A stretch of 32,000 nt of DNA from Haloferax volcanii DS2 (GTDB taxonomy: Archaea > Halobacteriota > Halobacteria > Halobacteriales > Haloferacaceae). This document shows, one piece after another, positions 17,873 through 25,013 of the stretch (positions are counted from its first letter, which is position 1; the number at the start of each line of letters is the position of its first letter). Location of the stretch: contig NC_013967.1 of the NCBI RefSeq assembly GCF_000025685.1, positions 630,001-662,000 on the forward strand, given 5' to 3'. The position numbers were made by a program, and so were the translations under genes. The notes beneath the pieces are model-generated. The model was not told the DNA's origin. It ran no database searches and saw only the letters and a list, made by a program, of their open reading frames with translations.

Positions 17873-18021
17873 ACGACCGACCACGGGCGGTCGGGACAAA
17901 AGCGGACGGGGAGGCCATCTGCGGGAGTAGTGCCGCGGTCGGGACCGACGCGACCGGGCAAAAGTCCACCGGCGGTTCCGAGACCGAGAAGTACACAAAG
18001 CCCCGCGGTGTCGGGTCCGAC

Positions 18022-19251
18022 ATGGACATCGACGTTGAGCCGACGGAGCGACCCGACGCCGACGAAGACGACGACGCCGGCGACGACGGGCCGGCCGAAA
18101 TCGAGGTGGAAGTCACCGACCCAGACGAGGTCACCTCGACCGACACCGAGGGCCTCCCCGATGGCATCGACGCGCCCGACTACGTCCTCTACGGCGGCAA
18201 GGGCGGCGTCGGAAAGACAACGATGGCCGCGGCGACGGCGCTCGCCAGCGCGGCCGACGGCACCGCGACGCTCGTCGTCTCTACGGACCCCGCGCACTCT
18301 CTTTCCGACACGCTCGGCGTGCCGGTCCCGAACAAGCCAAGTCGCATCCGCGAGGAGATTCCCCTCTACGCGGCCGAAATCGACCCCGACGCGGTCATGG
18401 AAGGACCGTTCGCCGGCGGCGACGGCGCGGACGAGGGTTTCGACGACGAGACCGACTTCGAGACTGGCGAGTACGACGACGACAACCCCTTCGCCGGCGG
18501 CGGCTCGGGTGACGCTGACTCCCCGTTCGGCGGGATGGGCGGCGGCATGGGCGGTCTCGAAGACCTCCTCGGCGGCGACGGGCCGATGGGGATGGGCGGA
18601 CCGATGCCCGGCGCGGACGAGGCCGCGGCGATGCAGCAGCTTCTCGAATACATGGACGACCCGCGGTTCGACCGCGTCGTCGTCGACACCGCGCCCACGG
18701 GCCACACGCTCCGATTGCTCGAACTCCCCGAACTGATGGACTCCATGCTCGGCCGCATCGCCCGCATGCGCCAGCGCTTTTCCGGCATGATGGACAACCT
18801 CAAGGGGATGTTCGGCGGCGCCCCCGACGACCCGCAGGCCGGGATGGCGGACCTCGACGACCTCCGCGAGCGCATCGAGCGCCTGCGCGCGGTCCTCCGG
18901 GACCCGACGCGGACCGATTTCCGCGTCGTCATGATTCCCGAGGAGATGAGCGTCGTGGAGTCCAAGCGACTCGTCTCGCGGCTCGACGAGTTCGATATCC
19001 CCGTCCAGACGCTCGTCGTCAACCGCGTCATGGAGTCCGTCGAGGACGTGGCAAACGTGGACCCCGAGTGGATAGAGTCGCCGGACTTGGAGAACTGCGG
19101 CTTCTGTCAGCGTCGGTGGCAGGTCCAGCAGGACGCGCTGCGCTCGGCGACGAATCTCTTCCGCGGCCGCGACGTGAAACGGGTGCCGCTGCTCGCGGAA
19201 CAGGTACAGGGCGAAGACGCCCTTCGGGTCGTCGCGACCTGTCTCGACTGA
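18022..19251 (+). CDS. ArsA/Get3-family ATPase
   Basis: ATG at 18022 gives MDIDVEPTERPD... The P-loop is YGGKGGVGKTT. Also present are STDPAHSLSD and DTAPTGHTLRLL. A CxxC (NCGFCQ) lies near the C-terminus, and the protein carries an acidic plus Gly/Met-rich insert. Confidence 0.85.
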   Translation: MDIDVEPTERPDADEDDDAGDDGPAEIEVEVTDPDEVTSTDTEGLPDGIDAPDYVLYGGKGGVGKTTMAAATALASAADGTATLVVSTDPAHSLSDTLGVPVPNKPSRIREEIPLYAAEIDPDAVMEGPFAGGDGADEGFDDETDFETGEYDDDNPFAGGGSGDADSPFGGMGGGMGGLEDLLGGDGPMGMGGPMPGADEAAAMQQLLEYMDDPRFDRVVVDTAPTGHTLRLLELPELMDSMLGRIARMRQRFSGMMDNLKGMFGGAPDDPQAGMADLDDLRERIERLRAVLRDPTRTDFRVVMIPEEMSVVESKRLVSRLDEFDIPVQTLVVNRVMESVEDVANVDPEWIESPDLENCGFCQRRWQVQQDALRSATNLFRGRDVKRVPLLAEQVQGEDALRVVATCLD

Positions 19252-19317
19252 CGCCGAGCGGGGTCAACAGGTCGTCAGCGCGGGCCGTCGGCGCAGGCCG
19301 ACCGCGACGGGTCGGCG

Positions 19318-20163
19318 TCAGGGCAGTTTGCGAGCGAAGCCGTAGAGCGCGTCGCGCCACGCGTCGGGGAGGAAGCGCGCGAGGACGCCGACGCGGGCGA
19401 CCGTGCCGGGCTGGTAGCGCGCCCGCGGCTTGGTCGAACTCGCGGCATTGACGATATCCTCCGCGACCCGTTCGGGTGGAATCGCGCCGGGGCCGCTACC
19501 GCCGAGCGCCTGCGAGTCGTCGAACAGTTTGTAGAGTTTCTCGTACGCGCCCGAGCGGTCGAGGCCGTCGGCCTCGTCGCCGTTTCCGTTGACCTCGGCT
19601 TCGACGCGATTCGAGAACTGCGTCTCGACCGGGCCGGGTTCGATGAGGACGGCGTCGATGCCGTACTCCTCGACTTCGGTTCGGAGCGCGTCGGTCATCG
19701 CTTCGAGGGCGAACTTCGAGCCGGCGTAGACGCCGGTGCCGGGGAAGGCGACGCGGCCGACGACGCTGGAGACGTTGACGATGGTGCCGTCGCCCTGCGA
19801 GCGCATGTGGGGCAACACGGCGCGGACGAGTCGGTGCGGGCCGTAGACGTTCACGTCGAACTGGTCGTGGACTTTCTCGGTCGGCACGTCCTCGACGGGG
19901 CCCATCTGGCCGTAGCCGGCGTTGTTGACGAGGCAGTCGATGCGGCCCTGCTCGTCGACGATGCGGTCGACGACGCGGTCGACGTCCCCCTGGTCGGTCA
20001 CGTCGAGCGTCGCGATGTTCGCGCCGCGTTCCCCCAGCGTCTCGATGTCGGCCGGGTTCCGGGCGGTGGCGTAGACCTCCCACTCCTCGTCGAGGAAGTC
20101 GAGCGCCGTCGAGCGCCCGATTCCCGAGGAGCATCCGGTGATGAGGACCGTCTTTTGATGCAC
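19318..20163 (-). CDS. Short-chain dehydrogenase/reductase (SDR)
   Basis: A GTG start gives MHQKTVLITGCSSGIGRSTAL (TGxxxGIG). Other SDR motifs are NNAG and YAGSK (YxxxK). Confidence 0.88.
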   Translation of the reverse strand: MHQKTVLITGCSSGIGRSTALDFLDEEWEVYATARNPADIETLGERGANIATLDVTDQGDVDRVVDRIVDEQGRIDCLVNNAGYGQMGPVEDVPTEKVHDQFDVNVYGPHRLVRAVLPHMRSQGDGTIVNVSSVVGRVAFPGTGVYAGSKFALEAMTDALRTEVEEYGIDAVLIEPGPVETQFSNRVEAEVNGNGDEADGLDRSGAYEKLYKLFDDSQALGGSGPGAIPPERVAEDIVNAASSTKPRARYQPGTVARVGVLARFLPDAWRDALYGFARKLP

Positions 20164-20250
20164 GTCGGTAGGTCGAACCGCGCGCTGTTAAGTGTACGCG
20201 GTTCGCCACGATTGGGGTTGTCGCCCGCCGCGACACCTCCCGGAATCGTC

Positions 20251-21075
20251 TCAGTCTTCGTACTGGGCCTTCGCCTCGTCGGCGTACGCGTCGGCCAGCC
20301 GGGTCGGCTCGGGGAGCTTGTACGACCCCGACAGCCGGGAGACGAGGTCGACTGTCGTCGCCGCGGAGAGGCGGTGGCCGGGGCTGACGTACAGCGGGTT
20401 CACGACGGGCCGCGAGTCGTACTGCCGCGACTGGAAGGCGTAGCCGATGGTCGTCTCCGAGCCGGCGGGGTGGCCGCCGACGGCGTCGACCGAGTCGTCG
20501 GCGCGAATCGGCGTTCGCCAGCCCTCCGGCCGACCGTCCACGTCCTCGTCCGGCGTCCCGCAGAGGAGGGACTTGGCGACGCCGATGCTCGGCGCGTCGC
20601 AGACGACGCCGAGGTGGGTGGCGAGCCCGGCCTGCCGGAAGTGGATGCGCCCGGAGCCGTCGAAGACGAGCAGGTCGGGGTCGCAGTCGAGTTCGGCGAG
20701 CGCGTCGAGGATGGGGCCGCCCTCGCGGAACGAGAGCAGGCCGGGGATGTACGGCAACTCGAGGTCGGAGACGACGTGGGCGCGCTCGACAACCTCGCCG
20801 CCGCGGAGGACGACGACGGCGCTCAGCGCGCGGTCGTCCAGAAACGACTGGTCGATACCGGCGACGAGCGGCGGCGAGTCGGCGTCGGCGTCAAGCGCCG
20901 TCGCCTCCGCGAGCGTCTGGTGCTCCGTCTCGGGGGACGCGAGCGAGACGGCCGCCGAGTCGAACGGGAGGTCGTCCGCGAAGACGGCCGTCTCGGCGAC
21001 GCGGCGCTGGAGCGACTCCATCTCGTCGCGCGAGAGGCCGGGGCGGGGCGCGAGGTCGGGACGGGCCGGCCGCAT
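20251..21075 (-). CDS. nfi: Endonuclease V
   Basis: 274 aa. Motifs are VAGIDQSF, PYIPGLLSFREG and IGVAKS. The ATG lies 1 nt downstream of the rhomboid stop. Confidence 0.85.
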   Translation of the reverse strand: MRPARPDLAPRPGLSRDEMESLQRRVAETAVFADDLPFDSAAVSLASPETEHQTLAEATALDADADSPPLVAGIDQSFLDDRALSAVVVLRGGEVVERAHVVSDLELPYIPGLLSFREGGPILDALAELDCDPDLLVFDGSGRIHFRQAGLATHLGVVCDAPSIGVAKSLLCGTPDEDVDGRPEGWRTPIRADDSVDAVGGHPAGSETTIGYAFQSRQYDSRPVVNPLYVSPGHRLSAATTVDLVSRLSGSYKLPEPTRLADAYADEAKAQYED

Positions 21076-21076
21076 C

Positions 21077-21967
21077 TCAGAACCGACCGCGGCCGGGGCC
21101 GCCGGGGCCGCGCCCGCCGAGCGACATCTGCGAGGGGACGCTCCGGCGACCCTTCACGCGCTGGCCGTAGGCGAGGCCGATGACGAGCCCGATGAGGTGC
21201 GCGAAGTGGGCGATGCCGTCGGCGCTCTGGCTGACGAAGAAGAACACCGAGATGCCGGCGAACCCGAGCGTGAACAGCCACAGCGGCACGGGGATGATGA
21301 AGTACAGGTAGATACGGAGCCCCGGATTGAGCACCGTCAAGACGCCGAGGACGGCCATGATGGCACCGCTCGCGCCGACGACGGCGCTCAGGCTCCCCGG
21401 CGACAGGAGCATCGACGAGCCGACCTGCGCGAGTCCGGCGAGCATCCCGCTGACGAGGAACAGCGCCGCGAACTTCCGCGAGCCGACGTAGCGCTCCACC
21501 AGCGGGCCGAAGAAGAACAGCACGATTGAGTTGCCGACGATGTGGTAGAAGCCGCCGTGGGCGAATATCGAGGTGACCCACGTCCAGACGTACTCGGGGT
21601 GGATGCTCGTGAGGTAAAAGGCGCTAATCGAGAGGTCGGACAGTCCGAGGAACTGCTCTAAGACGAGCTGTGAGAAGAACGTGAGCCACATCAGCGCGAG
21701 GAACAGGTAGGTGACGTTCCCGCGGAAGTAGCCGAACACGCCGCCAGCGCCCGTGAGCGAACTCAAGAGGCCGCCGCCGCGGCCGCCCTCATTGTTCACG
21801 GAATCGTCGAAAGAGCTATCGAAGACGCCGGCGGGGTCGTCCCAGTCGGAGAGCCCCGTGCAGTCGTGGTTCTCGGGGAGGCGGTGTTCGGAACAGAACG
21901 TCCCGCCACACCGCGAGCAGCGGTACGGCAGACTCTCGTCTTTGCCGCACACGTCGCAGATAGGCAT
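21077..21967 (-). CDS. rhoII: Rhomboid intramembrane serine protease with N-terminal AN1-type zinc finger
   Basis: ATG at 21967 gives MPICDVCGKDESLPYRCSRCGGTFCSEHRLPENHDC (AN1 finger). The rhomboid core has FAHGGFYHIVGN, GASGAIMAVLG and AHLIGLVIG. The symbol follows my recollection of H. volcanii RhoII. Confidence 0.88.
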   Translation of the reverse strand: MPICDVCGKDESLPYRCSRCGGTFCSEHRLPENHDCTGLSDWDDPAGVFDSSFDDSVNNEGGRGGGLLSSLTGAGGVFGYFRGNVTYLFLALMWLTFFSQLVLEQFLGLSDLSISAFYLTSIHPEYVWTWVTSIFAHGGFYHIVGNSIVLFFFGPLVERYVGSRKFAALFLVSGMLAGLAQVGSSMLLSPGSLSAVVGASGAIMAVLGVLTVLNPGLRIYLYFIIPVPLWLFTLGFAGISVFFFVSQSADGIAHFAHLIGLVIGLAYGQRVKGRRSVPSQMSLGGRGPGGPGRGRF

Positions 21968-21990
21968 TACCAACGCCTTACGGCGGCGAG

Positions 21991-21998
21991 ATAAAAAG
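21991..21998 (-). promoter_or_regulatory. TATA box of the rhomboid-nfi operon
   Basis: The minus strand reads CCCTTTTTATCTC, about 23 nt upstream of the ATG at 21967. This spacing fits a leaderless transcript. Confidence 0.55.
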
Positions 21999-22166
21999 GG
22001 GTTCCCTCATAGACGAGGCGTGTTGACGCACCTCTTGATTAGTAGACGAATTCGAACCGCAGACGCCTCAAGCGGCCGGAATAGCCGGTTTTCAAGCCGA
22101 CTGTTGTCTCTCGTCGGCGCGGGCGACGCTGTCGCTCTCGGCAGTCGTCGCGCGAGAAATGCGAGA

Positions 22167-22283
22167 TTACGCGTCTTCGTCGGACGCTTCGTCGGCGTCT
22201 TCGGCCGCCTCGTCGGCGGGCGTGAAGTTCGTGGGAACGACGGTCGGGTGCTGAAGCCCGAGGCGGGGTTGCTTGGCTGCCAT
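22167..22283 (-). CDS. Candidate 38-aa micro-protein with an acidic tail
   Basis: ATG at 22283 gives MAAKQPRLGLQHPTVVPTNFTPADEAAEDADEASDEDA. Third-codon positions are GC-rich. A TATA-like ATCTTTAGTCC lies about 28 nt upstream. No homology is recognised. Confidence 0.4.
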   Translation of the reverse strand: MAAKQPRLGLQHPTVVPTNFTPADEAAEDADEASDEDA

Positions 22284-22460
22284 ACTCGTCCCAACGTAGC
22301 CGACACAGGGACTAAAGATTACCCATGCGCATAATTCATCGGTCGGTGCGCCGGCCATAACTGTCGGGTATCTGTGGCGACGACGGCGGTCGGTCTCCTG
22401 CTCGGACGGTTCTCGGGGGCCGCGGACGGGCGCGGCGGCTCTCGGTCGAAGGCGGCGTCG

Positions 22461-22466
22461 AAAAAA
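22461..22466 (-). terminator. T6 run downstream of ppa
   Basis: The minus strand reads GCGCTTTTTTCGAC, about 19 nt after the ppa stop. Confidence 0.55.
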
Positions 22467-22484
22467 GCGCGCGGTTGAAGTCGC

Positions 22485-23018
22485 TTACGCGAAGTTCTCT
22501 TCGTAGAGATCCATCGCGTGTTCGATGGCGTCCTTGGCGGCCTGTTTGTCCTCCCAGCCCAGCGTCTCGACTTCCTTACCGGCTTCGAGGTTCTTGTAGG
22601 TCGCGAAGAACTCGTCAATCTCGTCGAGCGTCTGCTGCGGGATGTCGTCGAGGTCCTCGATGTGGTCGTAGCGGGGGTCCTCGACGGGGACGGCGATGAC
22701 CTTGTCGTCCTGCTCGCCGTCGTCGTCCATCTTCATGAGCGCGACCGGGCGCGCCTCGATGACGCAGCCGGGGAACGTCTGGTCCTCGACGAGGACGAGC
22801 ACGTCGAAGGGGTCCTCGTCGTCGTAGTACGTCTGCGGGATGAAGCCGTAGTCCGACGGGTAGTGGACGTTGGAGTGGAGCACGCGGTCGAGGACGACGC
22901 CGGGGATGTCCTTGTCGTACTCGTACTTGTTGCGCTCGCCTTTGAGGCACTCGACGACTGCGTAGATTTCGTCCGGCGCGTTCGGGCCGGTCTCCATATC
23001 TTCCCAGAGGTTCACCAT
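22485..23018 (-). CDS. ppa: Inorganic pyrophosphatase (family I)
   Basis: 177 aa: MVNLWEDMETGPNAPDEIYAVVECLKGERNKYEYDKD...YPSDYGFIP...DPFDVLVL...DDKVIAV. Confidence 0.95.
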   Translation of the reverse strand: MVNLWEDMETGPNAPDEIYAVVECLKGERNKYEYDKDIPGVVLDRVLHSNVHYPSDYGFIPQTYYDDEDPFDVLVLVEDQTFPGCVIEARPVALMKMDDDGEQDDKVIAVPVEDPRYDHIEDLDDIPQQTLDEIDEFFATYKNLEAGKEVETLGWEDKQAAKDAIEHAMDLYEENFA

Positions 23019-23323
23019 ACCGAATCCATCCTCGATACGGGCAAAAGTCCTTTCGGGATTAGTCTCGTATCGCCGTCGTCCGGATTTCGTCGGCGGCTTT
23101 GAACCCCTCTATATGTAGAGGTATTATCGACAGAACCCCGCGACGTTACCGCTATGCGTGTGAGATATTCCCCGGGTATGACCGCTCGACTCCCGCGCGC
23201 TGTCTCTCGGTTCTCCCCGTGGCTCGTCTGTGTGCAATACTCGCCACTCGTGTCCTCTCCGCCCCGATTTCTTCGTATAATGGTACCTCGATTGGTAGTG
23301 AAACAGACTGCGCGTTGACAAAG

Positions 23324-23359
23324 TTTAAATAGGCAGATGACATTTCCATATGCATGTCA
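23324..23359 (+). promoter_or_regulatory. padR promoter: TATA box plus a perfect 6-bp inverted repeat spanning the start codon
   Basis: TTTAAATA occupies 23324-23331. TGACAT (23338-23343), a 10-nt spacer and ATGTCA (23354-23359) follow. The right arm contains the padR ATG. Confidence 0.55.
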
Positions 23360-23713
23360 GAGGCACAAACAATTGGCAACGAATCCGGTGCGGCTCGGGA
23401 CCTCACCGCGTTCCAACAGAACATCCTCGTCATTCTCGCCGAGGAGCCGATGTACGGTCTGGCTATCAAGCGTCACCTCGAATCGTACTACGACACCGAG
23501 GTCAACCACGGGCGTCTGTACCCCAACCTCGACGACCTCGTCGAGATGGGTCTCGTCGAGAAAAGCGAACTCGACAAGCGGACGAACCAGTACGAACTGA
23601 CCGACGACGGCCTCCAGGCGGTCCTCGACCGCTTCGACTGGATGCTCGCGAAGTTCGTCACCGACGACGAGCGCGCCGAGATGGTCTCGGAACTCGTCGA
23701 AAACAAGCTGTAA
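23354..23713 (+). CDS. PadR-family winged-helix transcriptional regulator
   Basis: 119 aa: ...LTAFQQNILVILAEEPMYGLAIKRHLESYYDTEVNHGRLYPNLDDLVEMGLVEKSELDKRTNQYELTDDG. Confidence 0.85.
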   Translation: MSEAQTIGNESGAARDLTAFQQNILVILAEEPMYGLAIKRHLESYYDTEVNHGRLYPNLDDLVEMGLVEKSELDKRTNQYELTDDGLQAVLDRFDWMLAKFVTDDERAEMVSELVENKL

Positions 23714-23748
23714 TCGGCTGCGTCCACCGCACGAACCGCGGGGTTCGC

Positions 23749-24309
23749 TCAGTTGTATTCGGGCACTTCGGCGTCTGCGGCGTCGAAGAGCAACTCGAGC
23801 GACTCCGGTAACAACGACCGCTGTTCAGCGGTCGGCCACGCGTTGCGTGGATAATATTCTTCGACGAACTCGAGCACCTCTGGAGCGCCGGCTGTCTCGA
23901 TTCGCCGGACGTAGTGGTTGCCGAGGAAGTCCGCGAACGCCCGGGCGTTCGCCGCGTGGGCCGCGCCGTGTTCCTCGGCGACGGCCGCGACGCACGCCGC
24001 GTTGTGTTCTTCGACCGCGCTCCACTCGTGGTCCTCCCCGGTCCCCGACAGCGGGCGTTCGATTCCGCGGTCAACGTCGTCTATCTCCGCCGGGTCGACG
24101 ATTCCGTCGTCGTCGACCCACTCGTCGGGGTGGAGCACCAACACGTCGTCTTCCTCGCGGTGTCGCGCGCGGAACTCGTACTCGCCCACGACGTCGTCGC
24201 GGGCGGACCGATACGCCTCGGCCTCGTCGGGGTCGACGGCGTCGCGGGCCAGTCGCGTCAGTCGCTCGGCTTCGGAAAGCACGTCTTCGGGGAGTTCTGA
24301 CTCAGGCAT
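23749..24309 (-). CDS. Conserved acidic haloarchaeal protein translationally coupled to rnhA (I recall the label 'rnhA operon protein')
   Basis: 186 aa starting [25 protein letters not shown]... The ATG overlaps the rnhA stop by 8 nt (ATGCCTGA). I recognise no catalytic motif. Confidence 0.7.
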   Translation of the reverse strand: MPESELPEDVLSEAERLTRLARDAVDPDEAEAYRSARDDVVGEYEFRARHREEDDVLVLHPDEWVDDDGIVDPAEIDDVDRGIERPLSGTGEDHEWSAVEEHNAACVAAVAEEHGAAHAANARAFADFLGNHYVRRIETAGAPEVLEFVEEYYPRNAWPTAEQRSLLPESLELLFDAADAEVPEYN

Positions 24310-24895
24310 CGTCGAGGGCCTCGTTGGCTAGGGAGTCGGCGCGGTCGTTTATCTCTCGCGGTACGTGCTCCAGCGACCAGCGTTCGAACGCCGAGAGCAG
24401 CTCTCGGGCCTTCACGCGGCGCTCTTTGAGCCCGGGGTCGTTCGTGTTCCACTCGCCGCGGACCTGCTTGACGATTAACTGCGAGTCGCCGCGCACGTCC
24501 ACCTCGTCGTAGCCGTACTCTTCTGCGACCGATAGCGCCTCCACGAGCGCCTCGTACTCCGCGCGGTTGTTGGTGGTCTCGCCGATTCGCTTCGAACCCT
24601 CGGCGACGATGCCGTCGCTCGTTACGATGGCCCAGCCGATGGCGGCGGGTCCGGGGTTCCCCCGGCTCGCGCCGTCGAAGTAGACGTGCGCGCGACCGCC
24701 TTTCGGCCGGATGAGCGCGAGCAGGTCGGTGGGCCGCGACCCCTGTACGACGACTTTCCCGCCGTAGGCGACCGCGCTGGCGTCGCCGCGCTCGGCGCGC
24801 CAGCGCTCGTGGTCGGTGTTTCCGGGCGAGACGGACACGCCCGCGGCTTCGAGTCGTCGTCGGGCTTCGTCGGGGTCGCACTCGACGGTCGGCAT
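24302..24895 (-). CDS. rnhA: Ribonuclease HI with an N-terminal extension of about 68 aa
   Basis: ATG at 24895 gives [19 protein letters not shown]... The RNase H core has [44 protein letters not shown] and [12 protein letters not shown]. The upstream part of track ORF 24302..25117 is spurious. Confidence 0.88.
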   Translation of the reverse strand: MPTVECDPDEARRRLEAAGVSVSPGNTDHERWRAERGDASAVAYGGKVVVQGSRPTDLLALIRPKGGRAHVYFDGASRGNPGPAAIGWAIVTSDGIVAEGSKRIGETTNNRAEYEALVEALSVAEEYGYDEVDVRGDSQLIVKQVRGEWNTNDPGLKERRVKARELLSAFERWSLEHVPREINDRADSLANEALDDA

Positions 24896-25000
24896 ACCGT
24901 CACCTCGCCGGGGACTCGGTAAAGGCGCTCCGTTCGTCGTTGCGGCCGCGGTGACACACCGACGAACGCCGCCAAAGGTTGAAGTGCAAGGAAATAGACA

Positions 25001-25010
25001 ATATATAAAT
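25001..25010. promoter_or_regulatory. Strong TATA element (ATATATAAAT) in the rnhA/tfb divergent region
   Basis: This is the only AT-only decamer in the region. It ends 3 nt before the tfb ATG at 25014. I cannot assign its orientation or target gene. Confidence 0.4.
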
Positions 25011-25013
25011 GCG

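Noticed and set aside
17857-18021. The N-terminal 55-residue extension of the ArsA ORF (track start 17857)
   Set aside because: The extension is basic, is antisense to the cinA-domain gene start, and would remove the divergent promoter region. The ATG at 18022 gives a typical acidic N-terminus.
22036-22135. A possible tRNA gene on the - strand (GGTTCGAATTC T-loop-like element, TGA in a hairpin loop)
   Set aside because: The putative anticodon loop is 8 nt (CTTGAAAA). The T-stem has mismatches and G:T pairs. No acceptor stem or D-arm can be formed.
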